Shown piece by piece: positions 49,061 through 61,219 of a stretch of 64,000 nt of DNA. How positions within the stretch are numbered: the first letter of the stretch is position 1; every line of letters starts with the position of its first letter. Position numbers and translations under genes: made by a program. The DNA comes from Lingula anatina. Lineage: Eukaryota; Animalia; Brachiopoda. The stretch lies in contig CM120646.1 in NCBI GenBank assembly GCA_051362555.1, positions 1,302,001 to 1,366,000 on the forward strand, in the 5' to 3' direction. Below the pieces are notes generated by a model. That model was not told where the DNA came from, searched no databases, and saw nothing but the letters and a program-made list of their open reading frames with translations.

Positions 49061-51191
49061 CTAGCCTAAGTCCAATTCCTGACCAGCACGTTTTCCAAAG
49101 AACTTTTGTATCTCTTGCATAAGCTGTCTCTCTCTTCTTAGTCTATCAACTCTCTTGCAGAACTCAAACAACCCGTTCTTTTTATTACCAGATGGTGCGG
49201 TCTGGTCCTCATCAAGAGAGTCAACTGATTGCAATTTTGCATTATGTTGGTCATCTTTTTTTTCCTGTGTTGGGTACGATAGTTTTCTTGTCGCTTCTTC
49301 CTGATCGTCGGCATGTTCATCCGCTGGTGTTTGTTTCATTGCTAATTCAAATTCGTTCACCATACCAATGAGTTTCCTAAGTAACTCCATGGCAGGATGA
49401 TACCGAGCTAATGCTAATCCATCATCAACCACTCCTTTGGGTACATCGGTTACAATATCCTTCGCAACATCACTTATTTCCTTTATGAAATCCTCGTCAA
49501 CTGCTGAATATCCTAGCTGATCTATCGCTGTCTTCCAGAGAGCATATTCCATCGCAATTTGTGCTAACCCCTTTTCTTCTTTTACTTTTGTTTTGGATTT
49601 GTTCCAGTCATTATTTGAAAAAGTGCCTACTGCTCCCCCGACTGCCCCCATGACACTGTCCGAGTCATTTTCTGGTGAGTCGAATAGCCTGGGACTATAT
49701 AAAGCTCGATAAACCTGATATAAAAACGTGGGATCCGTTAGATCAAAACTAATGTTATACGTTGCTTGGATTTCCGTTAGGATTGCCTTTGGATCATCAA
49801 GGATGGTGTGCAAAGTGTTTACAATAACGTTTACAGATTCTTCATCCAGGTAGTCAATCATGTTGTTGTCTCGTATGAAGTAGTTTGAGATGCACTTCTT
49901 GTGGAGAAAATCAAGCAAGAGGTCAAAGAAATCGTAGAAACGTTGTCCCATCTCTTCGTTTGTCCACCTGTCCTGTGGAATACGCTCGCACAACCAGAAC
50001 AGCGTTGTCTTCAGGTGGTAGGAAGAAAGTGTGCCGGATTCTCCCAGTAGGTGTTTGTGTATCAGTTTTATGATACGGTAAACATGGCGCTGGACTTGAT
50101 TTAAGGACAAGGAAAGATGTCGCTCAGCTGATACAAAAGAGATCCTCCATTCGGTTCGGGAATCTTTATCACCGGGATTGGTAACTGGAACAAAATGGCA
50201 GCCAAGTTCTTTCACAGCTTTGATTTGCTCCACATTAGGCCAACCACTCTTTCTGTCCCGACTAAGCCATTCATCTGCTTCGCGTGGAAACTCTTTGCAC
50301 GGAAATGAAGCAACAAAGTCGCCAGCCATAACAAGATTTTGTTCTTTGTAAAAAAGATTGGTTAGCATCTCGTAGGTCACCGCTGGGCCATGAAGATGGA
50401 TGCGTACTTCTGGAGTTTCCAATAATTCTTTTAAATTTCCGAAACTTGAACCCACGCGTTGAATGTAAACTTGCGCACATGTGTTGCTCAGGTATATACC
50501 CCCAGAATCACGTTCCAAAATATCTGGCACATCAAACAACCAGTGTTGGCCTTGGATCTTAAGTTTGACATAACCGGGGTGACAGCCCCGGCCATCTACG
50601 AGCAACGCTGCCTCGGTTGTTGCCTCAGATTCTCTGCGAGACATGACTGTAGGGAAAAATGGAGGTGATAGGACCAGCATAATATCTGCATCCATTAAAG
50701 TGTTGGGTGATTTATCCTCCCTGTGAATCACATAAGGGATCGCAAGACCGTCGGTGGCACTACCCACTAACTTCACTTTCAAACAACTGGGCATACCTAT
50801 CATCTCTGGATGAATGTTCTTGGCTGAAGCTTTCAACAGAATTTTGAGTTCCTGCTCAGCATACTTAAAGGGCAAACATTTATAAAATGTATGATTTGTC
50901 TGTTTGAAGTCAGCTAACAATTTTCCTGCGGATTCTGCCCTCTTACAAATTTCATTTACGTCCACTGCATATTCAAAACCCGTTCCGATATTTCTGCACA
51001 TTTCAGATAGCTCTGATAATTTATTTCTGGTAGGATCTGATTCGTCCCCGAAGATCACTTTGATTAACTGTTGATGGCGATTCACTGACTCTTTCTCCTG
51101 GGGTAGCATCTCTACTAAGTACTTTGAAAAATTTTCCATATATTCTTTATTTTCAACACTTCGTCTAGGTCGTCGATCACTTGATTGTAAT
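49061..51191 (-). CDS. cGAS-like receptor (Mab-21 family nucleotidyltransferase) paralog 3, main coding exon
   Basis: 692-aa ORF (49061-51139) extends in frame to the acceptor ttttttattttAG|A at 51192-51193. Motifs: LVGSA...MDADIM, AGDFVASF, EWLSRDRKSGWP, WRISFVSAE, LSSYHLKTTLFW. Confidence 0.93.
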
Positions 51192-52024
51192 CTAAAATAA
51201 AAAATGAAATAATAATAATAATAGTAATAATAATAAATGTGCTTTTCATGCTGGATCAGAATTTTTAAAAAAGTGCTTTGTGAATCGTTTCTTTCGCCTC
51301 TAGGGAGGATTCACCCTAGTAAAAAGTACGGGTTTTAAGCTACGACATCAATTATTTACATTCTGAATTTGACAGATATCAAAGCTCTCTGATTATCTGT
51401 AATGCTATGCAAGTATAAAAAAAATTAAGAAAAATATCATCATTGTATTACATGTGGGTTTTGTAATAAATACGTCCCCACATTCATGAAAATAGTTAAA
51501 GATGCATACATAGTCAATTTTGTGTCACAAAAACCAACCAAATGCCAGCATAGAGTCTCAAGTAGTGTAACTAAGAGAATTACCAAAAGACATTGTTCAA
51601 TTGTACCTGAAAATGATGTTTGAACTGATTTTTCTGCTAGCATTTTATGCTGTATGTCAATGGAGCGGAAAAGTGGGTCATGAAAGTAGGTTAAATTTAC
51701 AACCAAAAATTTAAAGAAAGGAGAAGTCTAAAGCTCTTTTATGGCTGATCCAATGATTTATTCAGTTTATCCCTTGGCATGTCGAATTTATTTGAGTCGT
51801 ATAAGAAACTAGTACAAGTGGTTTACATGTGTTACTGGGAAGCCACGCTCCACCGATGCTCGGTTCGTATGTACCTTTAAGAATTCGATAAGTTCATTAT
51901 TATTTACATACGGTGTATAAAAACGAACAAAGGGAATTTGTTGACATCATTTATTAATCTCATTTTATCAAACATACATTTTACTTTCAATTTACTGCGA
52001 CCTCAGCCTTTATTAAGTTGTCGA

Positions 52025-52222
52025 GACCCAGTTTCATCAACACTGGATAGAGCTATGTTTGGAAGACACTGCATGCTTCTTTGACTCTGATATTGTTGTC
52101 CAGAGGCTAAAAATGCCTTTTTTTCCTCGGGATAACAGTCCACAGGATAACAATGTTATGTTGTAGATACAGGTAGTATTATCCACAGGATAGCACTATT
52201 CAGTGTTGATGAATCTGGGCCC
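52025..52222. mobile_element. Short Harbinger-like MITE
   Basis: TIRs GACCCAGTTTCATCAACACTG / CAGTGTTGATGAATCTGGGCC with internal ATCCACAGGATA repeats. Confidence 0.7.
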
Positions 52223-53029
52223 AGGTGTTTTGCCTTTGCGCGTTCTACGTAATTAGTAACTGGTATACGGGGTACCGTAAACGAGAGAACCATATTGGTA
52301 ACGTGAAGACTACATGTTAGCGATTTTCGAGTGGTGTTGCACGAAGCTATTGTTAACCTGTCGCTAAGTTCTCTTGTAGTGTTCGATCACTGTTTCTCTC
52401 GTTATCACCGTACCGGAAGTAGAACTCTTGCGTAAAAAGTGCCATGAATGTGCTACTAGAGTATGTCTCGAACGTTTGGCTTGAGGAACCGCAAAGGAAC
52501 ATCTGCCATGCGTAAAGGATCTCCCCCACCCTTTCCATCACTCTTCTTGTGGTAAACAGAGGGAATCTCTCGTAAATTTCATCATCGTTCATGTATCCTT
52601 ATACTGTAGATTCTGTCTCAGGTGAAAACGTCGTAATCTCCGTTGCCGTCTGTCGGCACGGAGAGCAAGGGGGGAAGAAGCCTGTTGGTCAAGATTGCTT
52701 CAGTTTATTGCATCCATGATTACACTTTCATAAGTAGTAATAAAAGGACGACAGCCTTACCGTTGTACCAAAAACTGGCAGATTGTGGTACATTTTTTTC
52801 ATATCTATTTTTCAACTCACTTTATATGTGTTTTAATTCACTAGAATAGGGACGTTTATATTGGTTGACATAACAGGTGTATACAGAAGATTTGAAAGGT
52901 AGGTGTTAGTTTGGCCCCGATGAACAACATTTATTCGATGAATTGGATGAACAAAAAACGTGCATTTTTATTGACCTAAAAGAGAGATGGCACGCGGCCA
53001 TTTATATATCCCAGTATCTAATCATGCAC

Positions 53030-53290
53030 ATTCATTGTGTGTAAAGTAATGCCAACCAACCTTCTCAGTAAAATGCTAATATTGGTGTACATCTGTGCAC
53101 TCCCATGTAATACCTAAAAGCTTGCACTTGTATATTAACAAAAGCTAGGAATGACCTATAACCAGATAAGGAGGCAAAGTAATTTGTGACAGACACGACG
53201 AATAATTTGAACAGCTGTTCAAACATACTAAGCCTAATGCCTTTCAAGCTATGTATCTTACTCATAATATCATCTAACCCATTTTGGCAA
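53030..53290 (-). mobile_element. Old RTE-X-like LINE fragment
   Basis: QVQAFRYYMGVHRCTPILAF resembles QFRAARVFLGVHRFTPLLAI of the 57299 element. The DNA is also similar to 56560-56660. Confidence 0.6.
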
Positions 53291-53830
53291 TGTTTGGCGG
53301 ACCCCAACCAGACCGACAACAAACAAACTGTTGATAACTTTTTGTCACTATAATTGATGACACACGGACAGAATTAAAATAACTCAAACTATCAAGATAA
53401 TTTCTCAAACACGTTCAATATTAAAGCTGATTTTTTTTATCTTTTCAAACATTTTGCTGTTCATAGGGAATCTTTCCTCCTCGACATACAGACCAAGGAA
53501 AATTTAAAGGATCAACCTAGACAATATGTCAAACAAATTCAACTAACACCCCAGTTGACTAAATTTCGCAAATTAGTATATTAATGAATAGCTTAAAGCA
53601 TGCGTACCTTTTGCCATTTTCCACATCCATGGTAAAAACTAAAATAAAGCCTTTGAAGAAAAGTTGGAGGGAGATTTTTAGTGCGCAATAGCTGTATATT
53701 GGCGTGGAAATGGCCTTTTGTAACCGGTTAGCATGCCCTTTATACTTCAGCTTCTGTTTACTTTCTCCATGGCTACAGATTCAAAACATTTCTATTTTTA
53801 TGAGGGAATTTTTCTGACGCAACATCACAT
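53290..53830. repeat. Triplicated module around the cGLR-3 micro-exons (copies at 54800-55370 and 60860-61310)
   Basis: Colinear blocks acaaactgttgataa, tcaacctagacaatatgtcaaacaaattcaact, aaaactaaaataaagcc and tgtatattggcgtggaaatggcc. Confidence 0.88.
53608..53630 (-). CDS. Start-codon micro-exon D (MDVENGKR) upstream of cGLR-3; full exon 53608-53638
   Basis: gctttattttAG|TTTTTACC ATG GAT GTG GAA AAT GGC AAA AG|GTACG, phase 2. Confidence 0.7.
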
Positions 53831-55154
53831 ATATGTGAATGTCAATTTATATAGCAATGAGTAAATAAATTCTCATCTTATCTTGTATGAATGTTTTTCG
53901 GCTTGTGTTTGATAATTTTCATTTATGATCAAACTACCAAGCTAATGAACATTTTTGCTCAAACTTTTATATTATCTTGTAAAAGCACGTCGACCAGCAG
54001 CCAAAATTGAGCACAATTCTTGGAAAACATTTACTTGAAAAAAAGAAAAACGGTTGAACATTTGATAAGGAAGTCCATATTTAAAACGTCAATTGTGTGT
54101 TCCTTCTGTAAAATAATTCGCCCGAAATACAATGTAGAAAGACTTCTTAAAACGAAAAAATGCTAAGAAAGAACTTACAAAACAAGAGCGAGCTGATAAT
54201 GCAAAGCCATTTAAACTTAAAAGGACAAAGTTTTATTAGTCCTGTGGCTTGAATTATTTGGTTGTTTTTTTTACACCTTATCATGGTCGAACATTAAGTA
54301 TATACAAATACACAGTCTCGAATACACGGTGCTGATAAACTTCACCCTGTTTTCCAATCATTGCAGCAAAATCAAAGTGGTTTGCGTCGAATGCGAGTTT
54401 GATCCTAGCATAGATCAAAAAGGGGGATTTTCCTATCGTTTCCTTTCGTCCATATGCCTATAAGTTACATCGTCCTACTGTCTATTGCCGCAAGGAATGG
54501 AAAAAATAGAAAGACTGGGTTGCACAAAATTTTGCTCTAAGAGTAATTCTTTTACACGTAAACCTGTAGCACCAATGACGGTTTGAAAATTATTGCATGT
54601 GTTCAATGCAATTTGGGTTTTCTGCAAGAACCTCGTAAGTAGAAATGGAACTTGACGAGTAATTTGATAAAGAAAAAGTTGATCTTCATAGAGAGGGAGC
54701 GGGTTTAATTTCAAGTGTACACATATTGCTAAAGATAAAATAAAATATAGTGAGAGAAAAGGGACAGAATGAGAGAGATTAAAGAGATCACACCAGGTCT
54801 GTAGCAATGTTTGGTGTTTGGTGAACCTTCACCAATCCGACATTGAACAAACAAACTGTTGATAAGGAGAACATTTTGTCACAAAAACTGATGTCGCACA
54901 GACACGGAATTTCGATTAATCAAACAATCAACCTAGATAAAATATCAAACAAGTTCAATATTTTAAAAAGCTGATTTTCTAATCTTTTCAAATATTCTGC
55001 TGTTGATAGGGAAACTTTCCTTTTCGACAAAAACTTGGCTATACAGACCAAGGATGAGGCAAATAATCAACCTAGACAATATGTCAAACAAATTCAACTG
55101 ACGCCCCAGCTTTCCCAAAATATTATATTAAAGAATATCTTGAAATAAGCTTAC

Positions 55155-55177
55155 CTTTTGCTATCATCTTTATCCAT
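55155..55177 (-). CDS. Start-codon micro-exon E (MDKDDSKR); full exon 55155-55185
   Basis: gctttattttAG|TTTTCACC ATG GAT AAA GAT GAT AGC AAA AG|GTAAG, phase 2. Confidence 0.7.
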
Positions 55178-55397
55178 GGTGAAAACTAAAATAAAGCCCT
55201 TGAATTTGGAGATAGATTTCTAAGTCAAAATAGGTGTATGTTGGTGTGAAAATGGCCTATTTTGACCGATAAGCATGTACTTTATACCTCAGCTTCTGTT
55301 TATTGCCGGTTCTATGGCTACACTGTCAAAATATTTGTAATTTATAAGCGGAATTGTTCTGACGCAACATTTTCCGGTGTCCCGAACTAGAGGAGAA

Positions 55398-55643
55398 TGT
55401 TATAAACTAAACACATCTTGGCAATAACCCATAGACTAGCCTGTAGAGTGGTTTAGTTATTATGATCAACATTATTGTTTTTATCTTTATTAATATCAAA
55501 CAATTTTACTGTTTGCAGCTATACCTGTTTTGAACCTGTACTCTGCGCCATATAATAGCAATGGTGTAAAGTAGTGATATTGTAAAATCCTGCAATAAAA
55601 CTTTCTTCAAATATCAAATTTTATGAGATGGTTGAATACAACA
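55398..55643 (+). mobile_element. Possible 3' LTR remnant
   Basis: Purine tract AGAGGAGAA is followed by TGTTAT...AATAAA...TACAACA. It begins close to where the duplicated module breaks off. Confidence 0.35.
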
Positions 55644-56559
55644 TCAGTAATAGAACAGTAATAGAATTCAGTATAATGATACTGAATTGTTGTAAAGACA
55701 TGTAGGAAGCAGTGTGACCATATATGCTCGGGATTTTGTTGGAGAGGGACATTTCTCGAGTTTGTTCACTGCCCTGTGAAGTCATATTTTGTGGCCTGAG
55801 ATGCCGTATCCGTTACTTTGTGACCTGACCTGTCAAAATCATGTCTGGGCGCTCTTTTCATCTTTCGATTCTTCCACATTAATCAAGATACGGCGTATCA
55901 ATTACAAGTGCCCGGGGGGGGGGGGGGGGGGGGGGGAGCATGAAGGGAATAAATAACTATAAGTAGTATCCTTGCGACACAAGGTTACTCTGCCATTTAT
56001 ATCTTTCAATTTATGCTGTGAAATAATAGCCAGCTAGTCCGTTGATCTCGCGAATCAACCAAATGACCGTTAGTTGAGTTGCTTAACTGCAAGTAATTAA
56101 TCCCCTCCCCTCCTCCGAACGTCATACTGGCAGGTTTCCAAATGAAGACTATACCGCAGAAAAATTTTGGGGCCCATAATAGAGTCAGCCAAGGACACGT
56201 TTGGGGAACACGTTTGAACACGTCACGATGGACATTTACAGGTGTAGGACCAGAACAGAGCCTCTGGTAAACAGTTTAGAACCAAGGGACCGAACTTGAT
56301 TTGAGGACCAGAAGAGAGGTTTAACAGACGTTCACTTCGGGCTAGACTCTTCAGGTTGCATCTCTAGTCAAACATAAGCAATCCTTAAATATCTGGTAGC
56401 GGCGTTTGAATCATCTAAAGGGAATAATTCAGAATAAAATTTAGAAAGGGTATTTTCGAAATTGAAAGGTGTTTTTACTTGAGACGAGCTTGATATTGGT
56501 CGGTCTAATTCCATTAAACATTAATATGATGCCGGGAGTGCCTAACCTCTTAAGTCACG

Positions 56560-57060
56560 TATGCAGTGGGAAAGTAAATTGTGACAGACATGACACATGA
56601 TTTGAACAGCTGCTCAAAATTATTAAATACGCCTTTCACGCTATGTATCTTACTCACAATACCTTTCGCCAACTTTCGCCAACTTTCAGCATTATGTGCA
56701 AACTATTCTGATTAATGGAAGGTAATATCAATCTACTTTCCTTAAGGTGTTCTTATCAATGGTGAAGATTTGATTTCTTAGCATATGTAGTAAATCCGCA
56801 GCGCTTACACCGGCTGACAAAGCAGTGAGGCATCACCTGTAAATTATGTGCTGACGGTGTAACCAGCATAATGTCGTCTGCATATAGGAGAATTGACACC
56901 TGGTTGTCTACATACGTTATTCCAACTCCTAGATCATAAATTCCATACACTATAGTATTTGCAAAAACGGAGAACAAAGTTAGCGAAATGTTGTCGCCTT
57001 GCCTCACGCCAGTCAACCTTACCAATGTAGAGGTGCAACTGAGGTCACAGGCATGCTCTT
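56560..57060 (-). mobile_element. Old degraded RTE-X-like LINE RT fragment
   Basis: GVRQGDNISLTLFSVF and VSILLYADDIMLV motifs in ORF 56756-57025. Confidence 0.8.
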
Positions 57061-57136
57061 ATAAATATTTAGTGCATAGATTTAGGGCCCCATATAAATA
57101 ATTTTGTATCTAAGTTTCACTCTCCTGAAACCACGG

Positions 57137-57139
<3 letters not shown>

Positions 57140-57178
<39 letters not shown>

Positions 57179-59221
57179 TGTTGTTAAATTGATTTATTTC
57201 TGTGACAATGCCGAATATATACAAATATAATACAATAATGTGAATATATAAGTAACGGCCCAGCCCTATGGGCTTACAGAGTCACCGGTTACCAAACATT
57301 AGTTATATAGAAGCTTCTTTCTGACCTGAAAGCAGTTAAAGAGAAACCTCGCTGTGCTTCTATGAAAATCTGTAAAAAGCACTTGAGGTCTCTCCTTAAC
57401 CACTTCCAGGTCATGAAAGATAAGATCACCCACTTTTACTTTTTCAAACCATTTTTTTCTTAAATCTTTATAAATTGGACAATCAAATAAAAAATGATAC
57501 TCATCTTCTACTTTTTGTGTGTTACAAAGAAAACATAGTCTGTCATCTAAATTTCTGTTAACAAAGCGGCCCGTTTCTACATGTAATGGAAACTGGGCCA
57601 TGATCGATCTTTCTGCAGCTTTTAAATTGTACTTAACATAATTTTCCACAAATAAATTTTCTTTAAGTTTTCTGTAGACCCTTAACTTTGTTTTTTTTAA
57701 TACTGCTTCTTTCCAGGCTCTCTCCTGCAGTTTAAATAATATGTTCTTTATAACGCCAACATCACAATAAACTAAATCATTAAACAAATGCTCCATTTCA
57801 CAAACAGCTAAAACTCGAGAGACATGAGCACACCAATTAATGTTACCCTCTTTTGCCAAGTCATAATCTCTAATGAAAATTTGTTTTGTAATCCTATCGT
57901 CACTCATGCTCAAAAGTCTGTTCCACAATCTTATAAGGTGCAACCATCTTTTATATTTAGTATTCATCCAACCTATATCACCTTCTATGGCCAGAAGAGG
58001 AGTAAATCTGTGCACCCCAAGAAATACCCTGGCGGCTCTAAACTGAATTTTATCTAGCTGCTTATATTCATTATATCCCCAAACACCTGCTGCATATTCT
58101 AGAATGGGACTAACACAAGAATCAAAAAGCTTTGTGTACGTGGAATACCCCATATATCCTTGATGTTTATACTTAGCTACTATGGAACCCAGTGCCCTAC
58201 CTGCAGCATGAGACATCACATCTTCTACTTTTTGTGTGTTACAAAGAAAACATAGTCTGTCATCTAAATTTCTGTTAACAAAGCGGCCCGTTTCTACATG
58301 TAATGGAAACTGGGCCATGATCGATCTTTCTGCAGCTTTTAAATTGTACTTAACATAATTTTCCACAAATACATTTTCTTTAAGTTTTCTGTAGACCCTT
58401 AACTTTGTTTTTTTTAATACTGCTTCTTTCCAGGCTCTCTCCTGCAGTTTAAATAATATGTTCTTTATAACGCCAACATCACAATAAACTAAATCATTAA
58501 ACAAATGCTCCATTTCACAAACAGCTAAAACTCGAGAGACATGAGCACACCAATTAATGTTACCCTCTTTTGCCAAGTCATAATCTCTAATGAAAATTTG
58601 TTTTGTAATCCTATCGTCACTCATGCTCAAAAGTCTGTTCCACAATCTTATAAGGTGCAACCATCTTTTACATTTAGTATTCATCCAACCTATATCACCT
58701 TCTATGGCCAGAAGAGGAGTAAATCTGTGCACCCCAAGAAATACCCTGGCGGCTCTAAACTGAATTTTATCTAGCTGCTTATATTCATTATATCCCCAAA
58801 CACCTGCTGCATATTCTAGAATGGGACTAACACAAGAATCAAAAAGCTTTGTGTACGTGGAATACCCCATATATCCTTGATGTTTATACTTAGCTACTAT
58901 GGAACCCAGTGCCCTACCTGCAGCATGAGACATCACATCTGCATTTGTACTATAATTAAGTGTCTCTACTAAGGTAACTCCAAGATATTTATAAGACTTT
59001 TCATAATCAAGTGGCACTCCACCGCAATTAAACTGAAAGTTACTCCTTTCAACACCTGGTTTTCTAAAATGTACGATTTTTGTTTTCTTTTGGTTAACAA
59101 ATAAACTCCATTTATAAGACCACTCACTTAGCTTATCAAGCATAGCTTGCAAGTTTTCCTCAGTAGGAGCAATAAATACCACATCATCTGCATATAATAA
59201 TATATCTACAACGTTTTTTCC

Positions 59222-59222
<1 letters not shown>
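57140..59222 (-). mobile_element. Young 5'-truncated RTE-X-like LINE with an in-frame 717-bp internal tandem duplication
   Basis: The ORF has LLYADD, YKYLG, LFDSCVSPILEY, PLHVETGR and CFLC..VEDEYHFLFDC. Minus-strand AATAAA is near 57193. (TAA)n tracts flank both ends. Confidence 0.92.
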
Positions 59223-59252
<30 letters not shown>

Positions 59253-60685
59253 TCATCGTCTACCACCAAAAGGAGCATACAGTTACGTAACTGTCACAAA
59301 TGCAAAACGTCCAGCTGTGAAACGTTTTACTCATTTTGAAAATTCAGTAATCACTGGTTCCGTTCTTTGATTTATCTCCTACAAGTATAACGTTGTGAAC
59401 ATTATAATATATATTATTATATATTATAATATTCTGTATAGCGCAGTAAATTGTTTTTTGAGCGACTTTAGTTTGCTTCTCACTGAATATTACAAAACGG
59501 GGCAAATACATCCTACCGACAGGTAAATAAGCATTGATCTAATTATTTTTCCCATCGTGATCCATATATTATATCAGGAATGTCAAAATACCATGGAATC
59601 ACAATATATTTTTTGGTCAGCAACAAAAAACACTGTTTTCTCTTGCCCCAAGTACTTGAACAAATTGAAACTTTTTGGCAACTTTTCTGGGAAACATAAA
59701 TAACGTAGTATTAGCCACGACGCCAAGCCCCTCGAGTTGCAGTTTAGATATTTATAAAAAAACATCCTTACATCATATATAATATCGGAGCGCGATATTA
59801 AAATTCAAATAAAATGACCCGGAACATTATCACACATTTCCGGAACATACCTTAAGAGGTAAAGCTCCGAGCGTAATGTAAAGGCATGGTAAAAATAAAA
59901 ATTTGAATTTAAATTGAGAAAGTATTGGATTTTTGTTCCATATACAAATATGTTTAAAAATTTTGAAAACAGCTTTGAATTCATTCAATTTTGTTTTTGG
60001 GCACTTCACCGTGTGGAATGCATCTCTATATTGGGTTTGGGTGCAATGAGCCAAATTGTATACGTATCATTGTTTTTAACACAAGCGGATGCTTTATGGT
60101 AATTATTTTTCAGCATTTGGTACAATATTCTCTATACTCCAGTTATTCAAAAGTTCTTCAACAAATTATTTCAATGTAATCAAAGCAGATTTGTTGATCA
60201 ATAAAAGCTGCAAACACACGTGTTTTTTTCCAATGCTGTTAAGACAAAGACGTGATCTTCACATGATCTATGTTATTTAAAACCGTTTTGCAAAAAGCTA
60301 TGAAATTGCCAAGGTTTGGCCAAAAAAACAAACGATAAATTTGGTGATGATCCATTTATTGCAAAGGGATGGCAATATAACCAAACAAGTATTGTTCAGT
60401 TTATCCACTATGACGTACCTGTATCACACTGAATTGAAATTCTACTTTCATTTATTTACCGCTGACGTCAGACTCTTCCAGTGATGAATATTACAAATGT
60501 TAAAATATCCGGATTTTTTTTCATTTACAAGTCCCAGGCCAATACACTGAGCTGTGTAAAAAGAGAAGGAAGAGAGTGAAGGAAAAGAGACATATTAAAA
60601 AACCTAGGGTTTAAGAAGAAATTAACCTTGACGTGTAATTTGATAAAGTAAAAATTCGACCTTCATCGAAAGGGAGCGGGTTTTA

Positions 60686-60727
60686 CATTGTATTGTATTG
60701 TATTGTATTGTATTGTATTGTATTGTA
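60686..60727. repeat. (ATTGT)n microsatellite
   Basis: About 8 tandem units. It is not expanded in the paralogous segment at about 54710. Confidence 0.9.
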
Positions 60728-61196
60728 TACATTGCTAAAGATTACACAAATAACAGAGAGGGAGAAGAAGAGAGAAAGAATGAGAGAGAGATAAAACAGA
60801 CCACACCAGGTTTGTAACTTGAGTCAACAATACCAAATCCTTTACATGTATTACACATTGGAAATGTTTGGTGAACTCCCACCAATCCGACATTGAGCAT
60901 ACAAACTGTTGATAACTTTTTGTCACAATAATTGATGTCGCACAGACACAGGATTTAGATAACTCAAACTGTCAACCTAGATAATTTGTCAAACAAATTC
61001 AATATTACAGCTGAATTTATCTTTTCAAACATTTTTCTGTTGACAGGGAAACGTTCCTTCTCGACAACAACTTGGTTCATACTGACCAAGGGTTATTCAA
61101 ATGATCAACCAAAACAATATGACAAATTCATCTAACACCCCAGCTTGTCTAAATTTATCAAAGTAGTAAATAAAAAATAGCTTAAAGCATGCTTAC

Positions 61197-61219
61197 CTTT
61201 TGCCATCTTCCTCATCCAT
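61197..61219 (-). CDS. Start-codon micro-exon F (MDEEDGKR); full exon 61197-61227
   Basis: gctttattttAG|TTTTTACA ATG GAT GAG GAA GAT GGC AAA AG|GTAAG, phase 2. Confidence 0.7.

Noticed and set aside
27253-51191. Bacterial CBASS operon interpretation (CD-NTase plus effector)
   Set aside because: Spliceosomal intron signals, LINEs, microsatellites and the animal-type Mab-21 motifs indicate metazoan cGLRs.
54375-54435. tRNA/SINE B-box-like GAGTTTGATCC
   Set aside because: No cloverleaf or A-box could be built, so it is too weak to call.
55913-55936. Poly-G run as a G-quadruplex regulatory element
   Set aside because: A simple homopolymer of a kind common in such genomes and error-prone in assemblies, with no supporting context.
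59223-59278. Apparent signal-peptide-like poly-Leu N-terminus of the 659-aa ORF
   Set aside because: It is a (TAA)n microsatellite read on the minus strand, abutting the 5'-truncated LINE, not a real N-terminus.
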